Positions 56,683 through 64,000 of a DNA stretch of 64,000 bases are shown here, piece by piece; position 1 is the stretch's first letter; each line of letters starts with the position of its first letter. The notes beneath the pieces are model-generated. The model had not been told where the DNA came from. It did not search any database and was given only the letters and a program-made list of their open reading frames with translations. This stretch comes from the human T2T-CHM13v2.0 reference genome, Homo sapiens, in NCBI RefSeq assembly GCF_009914755.1, contig NC_060926.1; one strand, 5' to 3'. Position numbers and translations under genes: made by a program.

Positions 56683-58120
56683 GTGAGTACCCCTCCCGCG
56701 TCCAGACCCACCTGCTGTCTCTCTGTCCCAGCGGGAGCCGCTGTGTCCTCCTTGCAGGTGGAGCGCATGAGGCTCGCAGAGGACCGGGAGCTGTGTGAGG
56801 CCCCTGTGAGGGGCGTGCCTGGGTGGGCCTCACCTGGGGGCTGCAGAGGAGCCCGAGGTACCCCGGGAGGGGGAAGGCTGGCGGGCACTGCTGCTCCCTC
56901 TCCCTGCAGCCGGAGCCCAGGACTCTGGTCCCTTTTAGGCCCTGGAGCCGGTGTACAGGCCTCCTCGGCCAAGACTGCACCCTGTGGGGTGGGCGGCCTG
57001 GCCGCTGCCTCCTCCCCATGCTCCCTGCTCAGTGCACCTGCCGAGGGAATCGAGACCCCAAGGGGAGAGTGGGGTGGGGGGTGAAGGGGTGCAGGCAGCT
57101 GGAGGAGCGAGAACTCAGCTTCTGGGTCAGCCCAAACGGGGTTGTAATCCCGGACCTCAAACAGGTGACCTCACCTCTCTGAGCCTCAGCTTCCTCATCT
57201 GTGAAATGGGCTCCTGCTGCTTCCTCACACAGTTGTAGGGAGCCCTGAAGTGGGCACTGAGGCCAGGTCTGCCATTTGGCGGGAAAGGAGGCATGAGGGG
57301 CCCCGCAGCGGTTCTGGAGGCCCCCTGCGCTGGCCCCAAGAGGTGCTCTGGAAAGGGCTGATGCAGGCTGGCTGGTGTGGGGCCACCAGGCAGGTCGCCA
57401 ACCATCTCCTTGGCGTCAGCGGCTGGCAGGCTCCAGGAAGCCTGAGGCCAGCTGTTCGGGTCAGGGGCTGAAGAGAGGGGGTTTGGGGCTGACATCAGGA
57501 GGGAGCAGCTGTCTCTCAGACCTGGCCGGGAGGTGGGGACGCTGGCAGGAAGAGCCTGTTGACGGCTGGGCAACCCCCACCCTGGGGTGACAGAGCCATG
57601 AGTCATGGGGACACGGTGCCTGCCCACAGTGCCAGGCTCTGCTCCCAGGGAGGCCTGGAATTCCGCATCTCCCAAAAATGGTCATAAATAGTAAACAGAG
57701 TCTTCCTAGGGGACATCCCAAAGGCCTGTGTCTCTTCCACAAACATCCAAAATATGTCCATTTATAGGACTTTACCATTTCCACATTTATTGTCTTGATT
57801 TTCCAAAGCATTTTCTCATCTCTTGCCTCAGTTTACCTCTTGTAGCTCCGAGAGGCAGGCCTGACTTGGGCACATTGCTCTGCCCCACGACCCTAGGAAC
57901 AATAATCCTAACAGCTGTCATCAGCTGAGCAGTTCTGTGAAGTCCCCATAGCTCCCGGGAGGCTGGGGTCATCCCCATTCTACAACAAGGAAACTGAGGC
58001 TGGGGTTTGCCCACGGACACACAGCTGGGGCACCACATCTGAGATTTGGACCTGCTCTGCCTGCTGCAGGTCCTGATCCCCTGTATGTGCCTGGCTGCCA
58101 GGAGGGCAGGGAGGGTGCTC

Positions 58121-58175
58121 GGAAGGAAAGAAGGAAGGAAGGAAGGAAGGAAGGAAGGAAGGAAGGAAGGAAGGA

Positions 58176-58226
<51 letters not shown>
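58121..58226. repeat. Compound tetranucleotide STR (GGAA)n(GGCA)n
   Basis: Direct reading. Confidence 0.95.
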
Positions 58227-58644
58227 CATGCTGTTGGTGTTATCACCCACTAGTGACACCCACAGATCAGGCCACTTAACCCACACCGCATCTAACCGAC
58301 AGACCAGACTCAGGGGCTGAATGGTCCATTTGGGGTCAGTGGGGTCAACTGCAGGGTCAAGGTGAGACCCCGGCCTCCAAAACCTTGCTGCTTCTCCAGG
58401 GGGCTATCCTGTGTCCACTCTGAGTTCCAGGCTCTGCGGAGTGGGTGGGGGAGACACAATGAGCCAGAAGCACCCAGGACCCCCCGGGCCCCCGTACCAG
58501 TGTCACCCTGCCCCTCCCTTTCCCCACCAGTGAGGGGCGCATTTCTGCACCCGGTGCATGGAAAGGCACCTGGGAAGGGGGAGTGGGGACCACCCCAGCA
58601 GGGAGCCTGGCAGCCTGACCCTTCTGCCTCTCTCTTCCTGCCAG

Positions 58645-58731
58645 AGAGGTGGATGGCACTTCCAGACTTCCCCGACTATCACAAGTGGGGTTTCTCCCTG
58701 GCGGCCCTGAACAACAACATCTATGTCACAG
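58645..58731 (+). CDS. KLHL30: Kelch-like 30 exon 4
   Basis: RWMALPDFP...NNNIYVTG Kelch motif; AG/GT boundaries, phase 1-1. Confidence 0.95.
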
Positions 58732-58981
58732 GTGGGCAGCTCGGGGACCCTTCCAGAGATGCCCTGCCCAGCCAAGCACTGGGCTCCGTGCAACTCCCCG
58801 CACTCCGTGGGGTCCCTGAGGGTTAGTCAAGGCTTGCCGAGGCCTTTCCATGCATGTGAAAACAAGGACATTTAAAATCCGTGGTCACTCGTGGGAGCTG
58901 GGAGCCGCTTCTGTACACAGGCTAGTGTGGGCCCACCCCTGCATCACACAGCTCCTTCAGGTGAGGCTCCAGGCCTCCCGC

Positions 58982-59110
58982 TGAGTGCCACGCTGGCGTG
59001 GCTGCTGCAGGCCTTCAGCATGGGGTGCCATGAGGTTGCAGGCGGCCTCCTTCAGCAGGAAGCCCCAGGCCTGGGTGGTTGACCAGGTGTCTGTCTTGGT
59101 CCCCAGAAAG
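58982..59110 (-). pseudogene. Inverted degenerate copy of KLHL30 exon 5 within intron 4
   Basis: Hand alignment to the reverse complement of 59424-59551: 109 of 129 columns identical, one 1-nt indel, 33-nt perfect block. Confidence 0.92.
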
Positions 59111-59419
59111 AGTCGTGTGTTGCAGGGGTCACTTTGCTCTTTCCTATCTCAGAGATTGGGGTTCCTTGTAAGATTTGGGAGGGGATAAGCTTCTGCTGAT
59201 GGGGGCTTGAAACCACCGATTTTGTCGTCCTTGTTTATGGGGATGGAGGGACCTGGGCAGTCACACAGCTCGGCTGCGCTACCCTGGTCCCACCTCTGGC
59301 TCACCACGTTGGAGATCATGGCCTGGCATGGGAGGAGGTCCCTGGACATTGGTATCCACACCCCATGGCCTGGTGCCCCAGGCTGGTGGCACCCATGTAG
59401 ACAGAACTTCTCCCGGCAG

Positions 59420-59575
59420 GTGGCTCTCGGGGCACAAAGACAGACACCTGGTCAACCACCCAGGCCTGGTGCTTCCCCCTGAAGGAGGCCTCCTGGAAGC
59501 CCGTGGCGCCCATGCTGAAGCCCCGCACCAACCACGCCAGCGCGGCCCTCAATGGGGAGATCTACGTTATCGGCG
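59420..59575 (+). CDS. KLHL30: Kelch-like 30 exon 5
   Basis: [16 protein letters not shown]...[27 protein letters not shown] Kelch repeat; 156 nt, phase 1-1. Confidence 0.96.
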
Positions 59576-59975
59576 GTGAGGCCTTCCTCTCCACCCTTCC
59601 CTGGGTCCTGGTTCTAGCCTCTCATCCCTGCAGCAACAGGAACCGAGAGCCCCATGCTGGCCTCGGAGACCACGGAGATGCCGCTCCCACTGCCACCCTC
59701 AGGGCTCGCTGTCTGGTGGGGCGGGCAAGCCACAGGCCAGGGCTCCTGACCAGGCGGGCCATCAAGACCCACAGCCCAGGTGTCCTCCCTGGCCAGCTCC
59801 CATTGCCTCTGTTGTGCTGGGACAGTGACAGCAAGATGGTGACTCAGGCCCCAGGAGGGGTTCCTGCAGGAGCAGCCAGTGGGGACGGCCACACCCACCC
59901 ACCAGCACCTGCAGCTACAGCAAGGAGTCACCCAGGAGCCGTCACTGATTAAAGGAACATCGAGAAACAAAATGT

Positions 59976-60915
<940 letters not shown>

Positions 60916-61575
60916 AACAAAACACATGTGGCCCAAAAGCTCTGTAGGTGATGAACTGGTCTTGAGGCCACTTCTAATGCCCCATCTGTCCCAGCTGTCC
61001 CCTTTCTCTCAGTGGCTACCGTGTCCCCAACCAGAGAGCAGAAAGCACCCAGGGCTCCCGAGCCCAGGGCTTGTGAGGTCCCCAGGTGCTCACAGAGGCC
61101 CAGGCCAGGGCCTGCTCTCCCCAGGAGGCGTCCCCATCACTGCCACACCCAGATTGTATCTGGGACTGGGAGGGAGCTGCCTACAGCTCCAGGGTCTCGC
61201 AACCCGCCCTCCCAGGGCTGGCATCCTCCATTCCAGTTCAGAGCACCCCAGGAAATGACTCCCAGCACATGAGGGGCCTGGGGGCGGGCAGCCTCCTGAC
61301 AGCTCCCCGCCACCCCGTTCCCAAACATCAGCCCCAGCTCGAGCTCAGGAGTGGGGCATTTCTAGGCCCGAGTGTCCACCCCCACCCCCACCACTTCCTG
61401 GCGGGGCGGCCTTGGGAGGTGCCAGCACCTCTCAGAACCTCAGCTTCCCTGTCTGTGAAATGGGGAGCCCACCCCACCTCCCACCACTTTGCTGCCTTAC
61501 AAAGCCCCAGCCCCTGAGTTTCCAGGCCTCCCCTCTCCTCCCCAGCCCTGAACTGCCCCCGCCCTCACCCCACAG

Positions 61576-61764
61576 GCACCACCCTGGACGTGGTGGAGGT
61601 GGAGAGCTATGACCCCTACACGGACAGCTGGACGCCCGTCAGCCCGGCCCTCAAATACGTCAGCAACTTCTCGGCTGCCGGCTGCCGGGGCCGGCTCTAC
61701 CTGGTGGGCTCCAGCGCCTGCAAGTACAACGCCCTGGCCCTGCAGTGCTACAACCCTGTCACAG
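61576..61764 (+). CDS. KLHL30: Kelch-like 30 exon 6
   Basis: [11 protein letters not shown]...GRLYLVG...CYNPVT Kelch motifs; AG/GT boundaries. Confidence 0.96.
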
Positions 61765-62748
61765 GTGGGTGGGGCTCAGGGACCGAGGATAGAGGACCAC
61801 AGGCCCCTCTGACAGGCGACAGTCCGCTCGTAGTGATGGTGAGGATGGGGGCTCCTGAGGATAGACGGGGCCCGGGGTGGAGAGAGCCGGCGGCCGCAGG
61901 CCTCTCACAAAGAGGAGGGGATGTGGAGGAAGGCAGGGGCCTAAGAGGTCAGGGACCCACTGCGTCACCTCCGCAGAGTCCCAGCGCAGAGGCGAGCTGC
62001 ACGTCTGTCCTGCTCAGGCCTTAGGGCAGCAGTGGGCTGGGGCTGGGGGTGGGGGTGGGGTGCCAGTGATCTGAGCCCAGCACCTGGCAGCTGCCTGGCT
62101 GTTCTTCTACCCAAAAGGGCCTCACGGGCCGGGAGTGGTGACCCCGACCTCCGAGGCCTCGAGGCCCGTCTTGGGCTCTGGACTCTGTGCCAGAGTTTGA
62201 GGCCCAGCGCAGCCTCCCTGAGCTCTGAGCCGTCCACCCCGACCCTGGTCTCCAGTCCTGTTTCACCCTCTGGACAGTGTAGATGGTGGCGGGCCCTGTT
62301 CTGAGGCGTGGATGTGAGGACCCTTCAAGAGACTGACTGGGCCCAGAGTCCAGGCAAGGCCCACCTGGGTACCAGGCCCGGGGTTGGGGGCTGGGCAGGG
62401 AGGGGCCCCCAGCAGTCCCCAGTCAGGGTGGGGTGGGTGGGGCGGCAGCCAGGCCAAAGCACCCCCACCACAGGGAGAGTCCTGAGGGACCCCTGCACCC
62501 TCCACAGGCCCCTCACCTATGCTGCAGCCTTGTGAGGGGTCACTGTCCCCAGAGGGAAAGATCGAGGCTGGGTGAGAGGCAGGTGTGGGTCCCTCCCAGC
62601 TGCACCGCAGGGACCTACTCCCATTTCACAGACAGGTTCACTGAGGTTCAGAGAGGCACTGAGTCCAGGGTCCCTCAGAGTGGGGCACAGTGCTAGTGCC
62701 CGCTCTGGCAACCCTGGTGACGGTGGCCAGTGCCCGTGCCCCCCACAG

Positions 62749-62894
62749 ATGCGTGGAGTGTGATCGCCTCGCCCTTCCTGCCCAAGTACCTGTCCTCGCC
62801 TCGCTGTGCTGCACTGCACGGGGAGCTCTACCTCATTGGGGACAACACCAAGAAGGTCTACGTGTACGACCCCGGGGCCAACCTGTGGCAGAAG
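62749..62894 (+). CDS. KLHL30: Kelch-like 30 exon 7 (gene continues beyond the window)
   Basis: GELYLIG...[13 protein letters not shown]; AAG|GTGGGC donor; no stop codon reached. Confidence 0.95.
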
Positions 62895-62976
62895 GTGGGC
62901 CGCCCCCTCCCCCAACATGTGTGAGCCCCTGCCCAGGACTCCTGACATCAGAGAGCCAGCCTGGGAAGTGAGGGAT

Positions 62977-63196
62977 GGGGTGCCACAGAGGGCCCACTGC
63001 GAAGGGGACAGCGCAGGCTGGGGTGCCCACAGAGGGCCCACAGTGAAGGGGGTGGCGCAGGCTGGGGTGCCCACAGAGGGCCCACAGTGAAGAGGGTGGC
63101 GCAGGCTGGGGTGCCCACAGAGGGCCCACAATGAAGGGGGTGGTGCAGGCTGGGGTGCCCACAGAGGGCCCACAATAAAGTGGGTGGCGCAGGCTG
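62977..63196. repeat. 44-bp VNTR, about 5 copies, in KLHL30 intron 7
   Basis: Unit GGGGTGCCCACAGAGGGCCCACAGTGAAGGGGGTGGCGCAGGCT with period 44. Confidence 0.93.
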
Positions 63197-64000
63197 AGAT
63201 CCCCCCAGGCTACAAGGTGACAATAGTGCCCTGGCCCGAGTCCCCTTGAGGACAGGGGTGACGGTGATGGTGGGAGAACGCGATTTGGGTTGCCGGCCAC
63301 TGGTGCTCTGTCCCTGCACACCCAGCTTCCTACAGAGGAGTGGCCTGTCCTCCTTCTCAGGGAGAAAAGCCAGGTTCAGCCGGAGGGTACTATAGGGACC
63401 AGGAGGGAGGGCATCCTCTGCCCCAGGGTGGCCAAGTTGGGGAGGGGGTTCCTGAGCTGAGGGTGAGGTGAGAGCCACCAGCCTGGGGGCTTTCCTGTTG
63501 TCCTCAGTGCCATCCCACCATGGCCCACTCTTTGACCATCAGTGCCTGAGGAAGGGGAGGGAGGTGAGCCTCTGGGCGGCCTCCCTGGTGAAGGGGACAG
63601 TGCCCAGGAAGTTGGGGATGGGTCCTGGCACCAAGCCAGATGCCCTGGACCTGCCCACCTGCCCCAAGACTCCCAGTCCCTGCAGGCTGAGAAGGTGGAA
63701 CTCCTTCCTGCAGCCCCCCTGCAGGCTGCTGGCCTGGTGACAGCAGGACTTCTGCAATCCTGCTGCCCACAGCTGTCCCCTGGCGTCACTGCTCAGCTGA
63801 CCCAGGGCCCCCATTACAGCGGTGAGACAGGTGCAGGGTGGGCCCTGCCAGGCTAGCGTGTCTGCCTGGGCCCTCCCAGCTGGGCCACAGCCAGGCCTTC
63901 CTCCAGCCCAGGCCACTGTCCCAGGCTCAGGTCCCAGCACAGCAGGGCTCTGCCTTACCCTCTCCAGGCCTGGGTCCTCACCTCTTCCCTGTCTTCATCT

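Overview
Human (primate) genomic DNA, GC-rich and Alu/L1-dense, matching the 2q37.3 locus. Three genes lie in tandem on the + strand. First come the last five coding exons and 3'UTR of selenocysteine lyase (SCLY; stop at 12244, AATAAA at 13281). Next is the complete espin-like gene (ESPNL; 9 coding exons, 14316-45483, splicing to 1005 aa; AATAAA at 47014). Last is kelch-like 30 (KLHL30; non-coding exon 1 near 52.5 kb, coding exons 54506-62894, final exon beyond the window). Exon boundaries were checked by hand for GT-AG sites and frame. Introns hold many Alus, old L1s, MIRs, a MER30 with an intact 8-bp TSD and several VNTRs. The most unusual element is a ~85%-identical inverted copy of KLHL30 exon 5 (33 nt perfect) in the upstream intron, 313 nt away. 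It should fold the pre-mRNA into a long duplex over a frame-symmetric Kelch exon, making it a candidate ADAR editing-complementary sequence or exon-skipping switch. Repeat family calls come from recalled consensus sequences and their coordinates are approximate.
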